Shown: positions 30,933 through 40,485 of the stretch, piece after piece | Layout: every line of letters starts with the position of its first letter | Position numbering within the stretch: position 1 is the first letter of the stretch | From: an uncultured Planctomycetaceae bacterium | GTDB taxonomy: Bacteria > Planctomycetota > Planctomycetia > Planctomycetales > Planctomycetaceae | Length of the DNA: 64,000 bases | Reading direction: 5' to 3' | Assembly (NCBI GenBank): GCA_963815195.1 | Contig: CAWFGE010000010.1 | Span: 96,001-160,000, forward strand | Position numbers and translations under genes: made by a program | The notes under the pieces: model-generated | What the model was told of the DNA's origin: nothing | Seen by the model: only the letters and a program-made list of their open reading frames with translations | The model's database searches: none

Positions 30933-32804
30933 CTAGGCGGCACGCGGCGAATAGTCCACCGATTGAGCGTCAAAGTTGGGATTATAGTATGGATCGCCCC
31001 GGTCGATCAGGTGTTCCCAGCGATCCAACAACAGAATACGGTCGGTGTATTCGTAGTAGCTGCCCCGCGACTTGCTCTCATAGTGCGTCAAGCGGACCGA
31101 GCCGACATAGCGATTGACCCAGCCCCGCTCCGTCAGCTTCAGGCAGAAGTCCACATCTTCGTAATGGCGGCGGAACATCTCGTTCAATCCGCCGCAGGCG
31201 TCGTACTTCTTCCGCTCGACGAGCAAACACGCACCGGTGACGGCCATGACTTCCCGCACCGCCGGCAGCGAGCCGACGTAGCCGTCCGCGTCCGACGGGT
31301 AAAATCGCATTAAATGGTCGGCGGTCCCGCGGGGCCCCAAAATCACGCCCGCGTGCTGCACGGTGTCGTCATCATACAGGAGCATCGGCCCGACCGCGCC
31401 CACGCCGGGCTGCTCGGCATGGAACAGCAACTGATCCAGCCAGTCGGACTGCTCGATTTCGGTGTCGTTGTTGAGGAGCAGCAGATACTCGCCGCGGGCT
31501 TCCCGCGCGAGGATGTTGTTGAACGCCGCGAAATGAAACGTGCCCGGCAATTCCACTCGCCGGATCGGATGCTTCTTGAAGACCGCGAGGGCTTCGAGAT
31601 CGTGGGTCTCGTTGTCGCCCACGACGACCTCGAAGTTGGGATAGTCCGTGTTCTTGAACAGGCTGTCGAGGCAGGGGCCGATCAGCTCGGGCCGGTCCCG
31701 GGTGGGAATCATGATCGAAACGAGCGGATATTCCGCACGCGGCTTAGGCAGGATTTGAATGCGATGCCCGTTTCCGGATTCGATCGCCCGGCCCGGAATG
31801 TTCACGCGGTCGAGGTGCGCTTGCACCGCTTTTCGCTGAAGCTCGTTGATGCGGGGTTTTGCGGTGATCTCGCGGGCGAGGCTTCCCGGAATCACCCGCC
31901 AGTGATAGAGAATCCGCGGGACATGCTCGATGCGGTCGGTGATTTCGCTCAAGCGGAGCATCAACTCGAAGTCCTGCACGCCGTCGAACGCGCTGTCGCA
32001 ACCACCCGCTTCCCGCAAGAGTCGGCTCCGCACCACCAAGAGATGGCCCACGTACATCACCGAGCGGAAATAGGCCGGCGACCAACGCGGCTTGTGAAAC
32101 GCCTCGAAGCAGTTGCCGAACCGGTCCATTTTATCGCTGTCGGAATAGACGACGTCAGCGTCGGGGCACGCGTTCAACCGCTCGACAATGCGAAACAACG
32201 CATCCTTGGTCAGCATGTCGTCGTGATCGAGAAAGCCGACGTAATCTCCCTCGGCGGCTTCGATGCCCACGTTCGTACAGGCCGAGATGTTCACGTTCTG
32301 CTCGAGCGGAATCGTGCGGATGCGGGGATCGCGCCCGCACCAGTCCTGCATCAACTGGGTGAGCTGCACTTTCCCCGAGCAGTCGTCGATGAGGATCAAC
32401 TCCCAGTTTTGATAATACTGCTCGGCGACGGAGCGAATGCAATCTTCCAGATACCGCGGCTTGATGCGGTACACGGGCACCACCAGGGAGATCAGCGGCT
32501 TGTATTCGAGCTGCTCGGCCTGGGTTTTGAGTACGTCTTCGTTTCGCAGGTCGCCTTCGCGGGCGGACAGCCATCTGCGGCCATCGAAGCGGACGATCCG
32601 ATGCACGAGCATCCGCGGCCGCTCGGAAATCAGCGTCCGCCAGCCCCAAGGGATCCATTTCCGGAGGGCCGTAACCCAACCGCCTTGGTACTGGGCGTAC
32701 TCGTTGATCAATCGCAGCACGCGTTTGGATCGATGGATGGGCCGCGTGGTCGCCAATCGAAACACGTCTCCCATCAGTTCCCACAACCGCAGAATGGAAC
32801 GCAT
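30933..32804 (-). CDS. Glycosyltransferase family 2 with two GT-A domains
   Basis: PLISLVVPVY, WELILIDDCS, GFLDHDD, QDFELMLR, LYHWR; VSIMIPTRD, LLLNNDTE, AVTGACLL, EDVDFCL, HYESKSRG. Confidence 0.93.
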   Translation of the reverse strand: MRSILRLWELMGDVFRLATTRPIHRSKRVLRLINEYAQYQGGWVTALRKWIPWGWRTLISERPRMLVHRIVRFDGRRWLSAREGDLRNEDVLKTQAEQLEYKPLISLVVPVYRIKPRYLEDCIRSVAEQYYQNWELILIDDCSGKVQLTQLMQDWCGRDPRIRTIPLEQNVNISACTNVGIEAAEGDYVGFLDHDDMLTKDALFRIVERLNACPDADVVYSDSDKMDRFGNCFEAFHKPRWSPAYFRSVMYVGHLLVVRSRLLREAGGCDSAFDGVQDFELMLRLSEITDRIEHVPRILYHWRVIPGSLAREITAKPRINELQRKAVQAHLDRVNIPGRAIESGNGHRIQILPKPRAEYPLVSIMIPTRDRPELIGPCLDSLFKNTDYPNFEVVVGDNETHDLEALAVFKKHPIRRVELPGTFHFAAFNNILAREARGEYLLLLNNDTEIEQSDWLDQLLFHAEQPGVGAVGPMLLYDDDTVQHAGVILGPRGTADHLMRFYPSDADGYVGSLPAVREVMAVTGACLLVERKKYDACGGLNEMFRRHYEDVDFCLKLTERGWVNRYVGSVRLTHYESKSRGSYYEYTDRILLLDRWEHLIDRGDPYYNPNFDAQSVDYSPRAA

Positions 32805-33135
32805 GGAAATCCTTCTCAACTAAATGGTCCTCATGACCATCAACGGTTTACCGGGTCGCAGAATCCGAGGAGTGAATCTTGTGGCATTTCGGAAATCTGA
32901 AAAATGCACCAAGTTCGCCAATTATTCCAGGTTTGTTCGAAACTTCGAACCGTGTCGGACCGGAACATTAGGCAAATCTGGAAAATGTGACAAGATGTTT
33001 TTTGGACAAAATTACAAAATCTGTTTGGGGAAGGCCACAAAGGCCAAAGGAGCAAAGGCCACATAGGGAAAGGCAAAAAATGCCTTTGGGGAAGGCGCTT
33101 CCTAAAATGAACCGGCGGGCAATGCGGGCGAGGAA

Positions 33136-34863
33136 TCACGCGGGATCGCGGCTGAAGGTCATAATTGTGATGTCGTCGTTTTGTGGCCGGCCGCTGGCGT
33201 GCTTGCGGACATCGGCCAACAGGGCCTTGCCCAGTTCCTCCGCATTGGGGCTCGCGTGTTTGACGAACTCCACGACCCGCTCCTTCGTGTAAAGATCACC
33301 AGCGGGATTCATGGCTTCATCCACTCCGTCGGTGATAATCACCACGGTCTCGCCGGGCTCGATGGGACGGGTGACGACTTGATAGGGGAAACCCTCCACA
33401 ATTCCGACCGGAAGGCCCACGGCGTCTTCGGGAAGTTGATCCACGCGGCCGTCGGGTTTGCGGATCAACGGCGACATATGCCCGGCATTGGCCAGCGACA
33501 TCTGGTGCGTCTTCAGGTCGATGATGACCAGGATATACGTCACAAACCGGCCTTCCACCATACTGGAGCACATGTGGTTGTTGATGGCCTCGATCGCCTG
33601 ACCCACCTCGTGCACGAATGCCATCGTGTTCTGCACGCAACTGGAAATCCGCGACATAATCAGCGCCCCGGGGACGCCTTTGCCCGCCACGTCCCCGAAC
33701 GACAGGCAGATCTTGTCGTCCGGCAGCATGAAGGCGTCGTAATAGTCGCCGCCCACCGCCTGGGCCGATTCGTAAGAGGCGAAGAACTGGTATCCGGGCA
33801 CCTGGGGAAGGTTTTCGGGAAGCAAAGCCCGCTGCACCTTCCGCGCGATTTCCATTTCGTTGTCCTGGCGGAGTTTGGCGAGGTGGGATTCGAGAAGCCG
33901 GGCGTTTTCGAACTTGAGGGCCGCTTCCCCGGCGACCGCCATCAGCAATTCCAGGTCATCCGACTTGAATTGCTGCAAAGGATTTTGCGTGTCGAGATTG
34001 ATGACCCCGATCACCTCTCCCCCCAATCCCAGCATCGGCACGCACATCATGGAATGGATTTCGAGATTGGCAATCGACTCGCTTCCCGCAAACTCCTGGG
34101 ACGCATCGGCGGAGAGAATGCCGGTTTTTTCCTCCGTGACTTTGTTCAAGATCGTGCGGCTGAGCTTGACGGTCGCATCCTGGCTCTCCCGGCGATGCCG
34201 CTGCTCTGTCGGGACCAGCCGCCCGGTCGTCGCGTTTTTCAGCAGAATGCTCCCCCGGTCCGCCGACGGGAACATCTCAAACAGGATCTCCAGAATCTTG
34301 GGCAAAAGGTCCCGCGGCTCGACCGTCTGCGCCAACCCTCGGCTGATCTCGATGATGCCCTTCAACTTTTTTTCCGGGTGCGAATCGAGCAGGCCGAACC
34401 CCGTTTCTGAGGAGAGCGTCCCCACGATGCTGTCGGTCGAGGCCTGGGCATCGTCGATCACGTCCAAATCGAACAGCGGCATTGCCGCGTCCGTCTCGTG
34501 GAGGTTCGACGAGTGAGCCCCGGGGCCGAACGACGGGCTGAGCGCTGGGATGTCCACCGTGCTCGCCCGCCCCGACTTCGGCGATTCGTAGCGAAGCAGA
34601 ATCGGGCCGAGTTTGATGCGGTCATTGTGTTTGAGCTCCGTGCGCCCCTGGATCGGCTGACCGTTCAAATACGTGCCGTTGCCGCTGCCCATGTCTTCGA
34701 TAAAAAACTGGCCGCCCGCCGAAATGATCTTGGCGTGCCGGCGGGAAACCATGTTGGAATCCAACTGGATTGTGCAATCGGGATGTCGGCCCAGGATCGT
34801 TTCCTCGTTCGTCAACGAGTACGGAGTCGCCGCGCCGCCTTGGAGCAAAACCAACTTCGACAT
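33136..34863 (-). CDS. FHA-GAF-SpoIIE (PP2C) serine phosphatase
   Basis: LGRHPDC, VSRRHA, DMGSGNGT (FHA); SMMCVPM (GAF); VGGDYYD, GDVAGKG, NAGH, TDGVDEA, DDIT (PP2C). Confidence 0.93.
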   Translation of the reverse strand: MSKLVLLQGGAATPYSLTNEETILGRHPDCTIQLDSNMVSRRHAKIISAGGQFFIEDMGSGNGTYLNGQPIQGRTELKHNDRIKLGPILLRYESPKSGRASTVDIPALSPSFGPGAHSSNLHETDAAMPLFDLDVIDDAQASTDSIVGTLSSETGFGLLDSHPEKKLKGIIEISRGLAQTVEPRDLLPKILEILFEMFPSADRGSILLKNATTGRLVPTEQRHRRESQDATVKLSRTILNKVTEEKTGILSADASQEFAGSESIANLEIHSMMCVPMLGLGGEVIGVINLDTQNPLQQFKSDDLELLMAVAGEAALKFENARLLESHLAKLRQDNEMEIARKVQRALLPENLPQVPGYQFFASYESAQAVGGDYYDAFMLPDDKICLSFGDVAGKGVPGALIMSRISSCVQNTMAFVHEVGQAIEAINNHMCSSMVEGRFVTYILVIIDLKTHQMSLANAGHMSPLIRKPDGRVDQLPEDAVGLPVGIVEGFPYQVVTRPIEPGETVVIITDGVDEAMNPAGDLYTKERVVEFVKHASPNAEELGKALLADVRKHASGRPQNDDITIMTFSRDPA

Positions 34864-34918
34864 GATTCCATCTCTTGAAAGTTCTCGCCAACAGGCAACG
34901 AATCACATTCTGAACTTC

Positions 34919-34952
34919 GGGCCGAAGGCCCAGCTCTATGTCAGCCCAAGGC
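34919..34952. repeat. REP-like family C, partial copy
   Basis: 30/34 identical to 14263-14296. Confidence 0.7.
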
Positions 34953-35028
34953 CAACGCAGCGCCGCCCTGTCGCTGAAAAAAAACGCCCCGCGGAGGTTC
35001 GGGACTTGAGATATTCGGTCATTGGAAA

Positions 35029-35056
35029 TTGTTTCGGATTTCGAGATTCGGATTTC
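35029..35056. repeat. Family D repeat, copy 2
   Basis: Identical to 29667-29694. Confidence 0.8.
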
Positions 35057-35059
35057 CGT

Positions 35060-36344
35060 TCAGCGGGCCGCGAAGATGCGCTCCACGTTCCCGCGCAACA
35101 CGAGTTTCCCCAAAGCCAAAGCCCGCTCTTCCGACCAGCCCCGGCCTTCGACGAAATCCTTGGCGAGCACGTCCGCCAACACCCGCCGGTACATCGAAAA
35201 CTTCGGCAGCGCGAACTCCAACTTATACATGTCGCTATAATACCCGATTTGCTTCGTCTTCGGCACCGCCTGCAGGCGGCTGCGGCAATCGGTTTCGATG
35301 TACGCCGGGATGTTCGAATACCACCAATGCCCGTTGGTCACCACGTTCGGGAAAATCCAACTGTAACTCACCAGTTCCTGGTTGCTCGTCTCGGCCAGGA
35401 CCGAAATCGGAAACGTCACCTGCGGGAAGGCATTGAACAATTCGCGGTACAAAATCAGCGAAGTGCGTTTGTCGTACAAGTCCTGCCCCTGGAATACCCC
35501 GGCTCCGTAGACTTTCCGGTTGACGCCGATCATCAAATCAAACGGCAACCGATGCTCCGCGCACATCTCCGCCAACGTCCAAAACACGAACGAACTCGCC
35601 GCCCGCGCTTCGTCATCCGTCAATGCTCGCCCCGAAAGCATCGCCTTCAGCACCGGTTCCATCACGGGGCGCTCCACCTTCTGAGGGGAGAAGTCGGGAG
35701 GCAGCGAAATCGCACAGGCCCTGGCCCCTTTGGAGGTAAAGTGCGCGAAGAGCTGCCCCACCGCCGCGACCAGGGAATTGACATCGCCGAGGTCCATCCG
35801 CGAGGCCGACTTCAATCGTTCCCGCACTTCCGGTTTGGCGAGATGAAACACCAGATCGTCGGTCCGCAAACAGGGAATATACCGATTCGTGTCGAAGCCG
35901 TCCAAGGGGTCGTCGAAATCGTTCGTCAGAAACACCTGCTCGAGTTGGCTTTGCTTTAAGACCTGCTCTTCCCAATCCGGCTCGGCCATTTTTTTTAGGG
36001 CCGCATCGTACAGGCTTTCCCAGTTGTCCGGCGTGATGCGGTCGTCCTCGAACCCGAAAAACGCCCGGCACATTTCCAAGAGCCAACTCACCTGGATCGT
36101 ATTCTCGAGCGCATCCAGATGTCCGACCAGCCGGCCGACTTTTTCTTTGGGATCGAGCCCCGGCTCTTCGATCCGGGACCGCTCCAACCCCGCCGAGTGC
36201 GCCAGACTCGGTGTAGTAGTGGTAGCCCATAATATCCGCGAGCGTCTTCGAAGCCGGGCTGTGCGGATTGATGTGCGTGTGCGGATCGATCAAAATCAAG
36301 TCTTCAAGTTCAGCGAGCAACCGCGATCTCAAGCTGTCGGACAT
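35060..36344 (-). CDS. Uronate-isomerase-like amidohydrolase; frameshift near 36206
   Basis: IDPHTHI, GYHYYTE[shift]LAHSAG, VFLTNDFDD, LMIGVNR, GHWWY, GYYSDMYKLEF. Confidence 0.8.
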
Positions 36345-36514
36345 AGCCGGGGGCATCCTCTTGTGTTTCAAGTTTAAGGTTTCACCATTTGGCGAGCGGA
36401 GCCGTGTCTGCGCAACGGTCCAAACAAAAAGCCAGCCGGCAGGAATAGTTTGGCGGCTGGCCGATTGGACATCAAGTACAAACCGGCGAAGATTAACCAA
36501 CGGGGGGACGTGTC

Positions 36515-37537
36515 TCACCGGGAGCGGCCGGATCGGCGGGGTTTGCGCTGGGCAAAGTCCGCGACGTCTTTAGCCGCTTGAGTTTCCGCGCCGGGCTTGC
36601 CCAGGAACCCCAAATCCCGGAACCAGTCGATGAAGCGGTCGGGCCAGGTTCCAAACGGAATCCCGTCGCGGGGGCCGATCGAGCCTCCGTGCTTGCCGCG
36701 GCCGTAAATGTGCATTTCCAGATTGGGCACACCCCGCGTGAGCATGCCCCGAAAATAATCGTCGGCCCAAATCGCGTGGACCCGGTCGCCGGACCCGGCG
36801 CAAACCAGAAAGCTGGGCGGCACGTTTGCGGGGATCGCCGTTTGGGGATCCCGGGTGAACGGCGTGGGCCCGGGGTAGACCAGTCCCACGAAATCCGGCC
36901 GCGCGGAAATTCCGGCGAGGGCGTCGGACGTGTCGTTGTTCTCTTTGGAAAACTTGTCGTAGAACAAAGCGGCCGGAGCCGCGAGCTCCGCCCCGGCCGA
37001 AAAGCCGACGATCCCAATCTTGTTCGGATCGAGTTTCCAGTCTTCCGCATGAGACCGCACGATGCGGATCGCCTGAAAGGCATCGTTCACGGCATCGGTT
37101 GTCGGTTCATAGCCGTCCACGCGAAGCCGGTTCCGCAGCACGATTGTGGAAACGCCATGTTTGGCGAAAAACGGAACCAAATCGTAACCTTCCGGCCCCA
37201 CCCACAGGATTTTGTGGCCGCCTCCGGGCGCCACGATGACCGCCGCCCCTGTGGACTCCCGATCTTTCGCCAGATGCACTTCAATCGACGGGTTGTGAAT
37301 GTTGAGCGTATTGAGCAACCGGGGGGATTGGCCCGTCGTGTTGTATCGTTCGGCTTCGTGAATTCGATCGCGGTTCAACTTCGGTGAATCGGAAGAATAA
37401 AGCGAGAGCACAATCCCTCCGGGTAAAGCCGGCTTGGGAATAAACGGTCCATCCGCCGGGGACCGCGCGGCAGTGGTGTCTTGGCCAAAACCCGTCGAGG
37501 CAATCAACACGCAGAGTGCGAACAGGAGCGGTTTCAT
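36515..37537 (-). CDS. Secreted alpha/beta hydrolase (carbohydrate-esterase-like)
   Basis: Signal peptide, VIVAPGGG, IGIVGFSAG, RPDFVGLVYP, EMHIYGRGKHG. Confidence 0.88.
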   Translation of the reverse strand: MKPLLFALCVLIASTGFGQDTTAARSPADGPFIPKPALPGGIVLSLYSSDSPKLNRDRIHEAERYNTTGQSPRLLNTLNIHNPSIEVHLAKDRESTGAAVIVAPGGGHKILWVGPEGYDLVPFFAKHGVSTIVLRNRLRVDGYEPTTDAVNDAFQAIRIVRSHAEDWKLDPNKIGIVGFSAGAELAAPAALFYDKFSKENNDTSDALAGISARPDFVGLVYPGPTPFTRDPQTAIPANVPPSFLVCAGSGDRVHAIWADDYFRGMLTRGVPNLEMHIYGRGKHGGSIGPRDGIPFGTWPDRFIDWFRDLGFLGKPGAETQAAKDVADFAQRKPRRSGRSR

Positions 37538-37704
37538 AGGAATGGTCTCATGGAACGTCGGGACGAGAGAAATCTGGCTGCGGTCCGAACAAGTTTAACA
37601 AGAACATTCCGCGCGGAAAACGCCCCGCGCCTGGGCCCTCAGGGGATAAAGTTGATTCAGCCACTTTTTGCAAGAACATCGAGGGGTGCCGAGGCCAGTG
37701 TCGT

Positions 37705-38514
37705 TTAGGCGCTCAGATCTCCAAAACCGCTCTTCTCCAAAGAAGCTTTGATACGGGCCAGGGCCTGGTAGTAATGCCGGGAAACGAGGTTGGCGTTTCT
37801 CTCGTCATGCAGCACGTCGGCAATCACTGCAAAGGTCCAGCCCAGGTAAAAGTGCATGATGAAGGCCGCCCGCTGTCGCGGCGATAATTCCTCCAGGCTT
37901 CGGGAAACGGCGGCTTTCAGCTCATTCCGGCCGGCCGCATCGCCGGGCGAGGGAAAGCGGAGATCCGCCGGGCCCGCGGCTTCGATGAAGCGGCCGGACC
38001 GCTGTTTGAGCCGGGACCGTTCCAAAATCCCGGCTTGGAATTCGCGGAGTTCGGGAGCGGGGAGACGTTCCGCGAGGGCGATGCGAAAATCCCAGGCATC
38101 CCAGAACGCGCGCCCCAAGAGACCGGTCAATTTCGCGACGACCGTTTCAGGCACCCCGTCGCCGCAAAGTTGGTCCAGCGTTGTCAGCGTCATCCGAAAC
38201 CGGGGCGCATAGTTTCGCCGCAGCACGTCCCAAACTGTGTTCTTCAGGATCTTCCCGGCCCACCGCTTCCAGGACCGTCCGGCGTCATATCGCGCCATGA
38301 TCGACGGGCGCGCGAGCTTGGCCCCCAACTCCCCGATCGCTTCCTCGGCGACGTCGCGGTTCCGCCCCGACAGATGCGCAGCTTGCCGCATCAGCCACGG
38401 TCGATGTTGCTTCCAAAGGACGGCCAGCCCTTCGGGATCACCCACCGCGTACATCCGTTCGGCCGTTGTCTCCCCCCCGTCAAGGAGGCCGGTCGTTGAC
38501 AGATTTGGCTCCAT
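37705..38514 (-). CDS. ECF-type RNA polymerase sigma factor with an inserted helical segment
   Basis: GDPEGLAVLWKQH, AEEAI, WKRWAGKILKNTVWDVLRR (region 2); LEELSPRQRAAFIMHFYLGWTFAVIADVL (region 4). Confidence 0.72.
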   Translation of the reverse strand: MEPNLSTTGLLDGGETTAERMYAVGDPEGLAVLWKQHRPWLMRQAAHLSGRNRDVAEEAIGELGAKLARPSIMARYDAGRSWKRWAGKILKNTVWDVLRRNYAPRFRMTLTTLDQLCGDGVPETVVAKLTGLLGRAFWDAWDFRIALAERLPAPELREFQAGILERSRLKQRSGRFIEAAGPADLRFPSPGDAAGRNELKAAVSRSLEELSPRQRAAFIMHFYLGWTFAVIADVLHDERNANLVSRHYYQALARIKASLEKSGFGDLSA

Positions 38515-38599
38515 AACTCCCCCCCGCTTCAAATAAGAACAGAAACAGCAGATCTCGCATTCCGGCGTCTGGCCGGCTCTCTGCCATTATAAGCGGGGA

Positions 38600-38655
38600 A
38601 TATCGATATGAAATGTAATAGAAATTATACATATCATTATGATATGTTGCATATC
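38600..38655. promoter_or_regulatory. AT-rich palindromic operator-like array
   Basis: ATATCGATAT (38600), CATATCAT-T-ATGATATG (38630-38646), GATATG-TTG-CATATC (38641-38655). Confidence 0.5.
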
Positions 38656-38743
38656 AGGCGCATTGGCGGCAGCGTGGAGCAAATCGCGGGCAAGGAATCG
38701 GCGCAACCGCACCGCTCCGCCGGGACGAACTTCCAATCGCTGT

Positions 38744-40300
38744 TCAAACCGCTTTGACGGCGCGGCGGAGCAGGTTGCTGGTGATCTTCTGCACGCGGGC
38801 GTCCGGGCCGTGGGGCCGGCTCCCATGCGACCACGGCAGGATGTGGCCCGGCGGCGTGGCGAGACCCTGCGACCAGAAAATCGTGGCGGCGTTGAACACG
38901 AAGTTTCCCTTCGGCCCCGGAAAAATCGTCGCGGTGTAACGGCCTTCGCGGATTCCGCCCGACCAGACCGAGCCCTCGGCGACGACTTCCAGCCCCGGCC
39001 GATCGAGATCGGGCTCGCCGTGATGCTCCCAACCCACGAGCCCCGGAATGCTCTCGCCGCGCTTCATGCCCGTGCCCTGGAACATCCAATGGGCGGGCTT
39101 GGTGCAAGTCCAGTCGCCGCCGCCGTTGAACGGGACGACGCTTCGCGCCCCGATGATGTTCCGCTCGTCCGGGGCTTTGTCCGTCAGCCCGGCAAACAGC
39201 GACGAGTACGAGGCGATCTCATCGTCCCTGAGCGGCCCGTAACAGCCGGCCCGCGTGATGATCCGCTTCGCCTGCCCGCTGGAACTCGGCGAGAACGGCG
39301 ACACGATAAACACCGAGTTCCCGCTGAGCCACAGGACATTGACGCCGGCATCGATCGCCGACTCGACCGCGCGGTATTGCCCTAGGTCCCAATACTCATC
39401 GTGCCCCACGCTGAGAAACGCCCGGCACCTGGTGAGAAAACCGGTATCGATCGTGTCGCTGTTGGAACCGTAGGTCACATCGTAGCCCTGCTGCTCGAGC
39501 CAGAAACACAGCGGATATTCCCAAAGCAAAAACTCGCCGGAACCCACCGACTGCGCAGGCTCGAAAATCTGCACGTACTTTCCATAAGGGCGGTCGAAGC
39601 TGACCGCGACGCCGGGGGCGTGGGCACCGTCGGGATGCGTGTAAAGCGACTCGTTCTCCGGCCAGCGGTTGTACGCCTGCCAGGTGTTGTCGCTCGACTG
39701 GAACAAAATGTCCGCCGGGCGGTCGTCCTTCACGATCAAGATAACGTAGCTTTGCCAATAGGGTTCCGACTTCGATTCGGGAATCGTGGTGAGCTTGCCG
39801 AGGTAAACGCCGCTGGGCCAGTCGTTGGGAATGGCGAGTTCGGCGCTCGGTTCCCATCGGCATTCCCGCAGCCGCGCGGGAGCCGGCCCCATCGGCGGCA
39901 CGGGCTCTGTGGTCCCGGCGATCGGTCCGAGCGTGGTCATCCGCCGGGCCCCGGCTCCGCCGTAGTAGCCCATGCGGTAAATGTCGATTGTAAATTTCCG
40001 GGCCGGTTCGCAGCTGACAAAAATCCGCAGCGTCTCGCCGGCCGCGATGGATTGATGCGAGCAATAGCCTTCGATCAGCGAGGTGCGGTATTTGCCTTTG
40101 TTGATCCGCACGCGGGTGAGCTGCCAATCGCGGTCGCCGGCTTTTTGATTTTCCCGGCGGATCAAATCCGGCTGGGAAGCGGGTTTCTCCGCTGCGGCAA
40201 CTTTGGAAGCCAAAGACGACGCCATCACCGACAGCGAAGCCGCCGCGGTGCCTTTCAGAACGTCCCGCCGATTGAGTTCCGGTTCGCGTTTGGAGTTCAT
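38744..40300 (-). CDS. Tat-exported N,N-dimethylformamidase beta-subunit-like (DUF6605) protein
   Basis: NRRDVLK Tat motif; IEGYCS, YRMGYYGGAGAR, NTWQAYN, VSFDRPY, SVGHDEYW. Confidence 0.85.
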   Translation of the reverse strand: MNSKREPELNRRDVLKGTAAASLSVMASSLASKVAAAEKPASQPDLIRRENQKAGDRDWQLTRVRINKGKYRTSLIEGYCSHQSIAAGETLRIFVSCEPARKFTIDIYRMGYYGGAGARRMTTLGPIAGTTEPVPPMGPAPARLRECRWEPSAELAIPNDWPSGVYLGKLTTIPESKSEPYWQSYVILIVKDDRPADILFQSSDNTWQAYNRWPENESLYTHPDGAHAPGVAVSFDRPYGKYVQIFEPAQSVGSGEFLLWEYPLCFWLEQQGYDVTYGSNSDTIDTGFLTRCRAFLSVGHDEYWDLGQYRAVESAIDAGVNVLWLSGNSVFIVSPFSPSSSGQAKRIITRAGCYGPLRDDEIASYSSLFAGLTDKAPDERNIIGARSVVPFNGGGDWTCTKPAHWMFQGTGMKRGESIPGLVGWEHHGEPDLDRPGLEVVAEGSVWSGGIREGRYTATIFPGPKGNFVFNAATIFWSQGLATPPGHILPWSHGSRPHGPDARVQKITSNLLRRAVKAV

Positions 40301-40485
40301 CAGGCTGGTCCTCGAAGGGGTTTGGTCGGTCCATTATAACGGGTCCGTGTGCGCGGGCGAGCCAAAACTCCATTCCCCCAGGCTCGCCCAGGCTCCTTGG
40401 CAAACCGGACTTTCTCTGATTTCGCAACTCCGCTATACTTCCCCAGATTTTGGACGAGTTTTCAGGCGGGAAGGAGTCTGCCGAG

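Noticed and set aside
33030..33105. AAGGCC/CAAAGG short repeats between GT2 and the phosphatase
   Set aside because: Short, irregular and not repeated elsewhere in the window; no feature can be supported.
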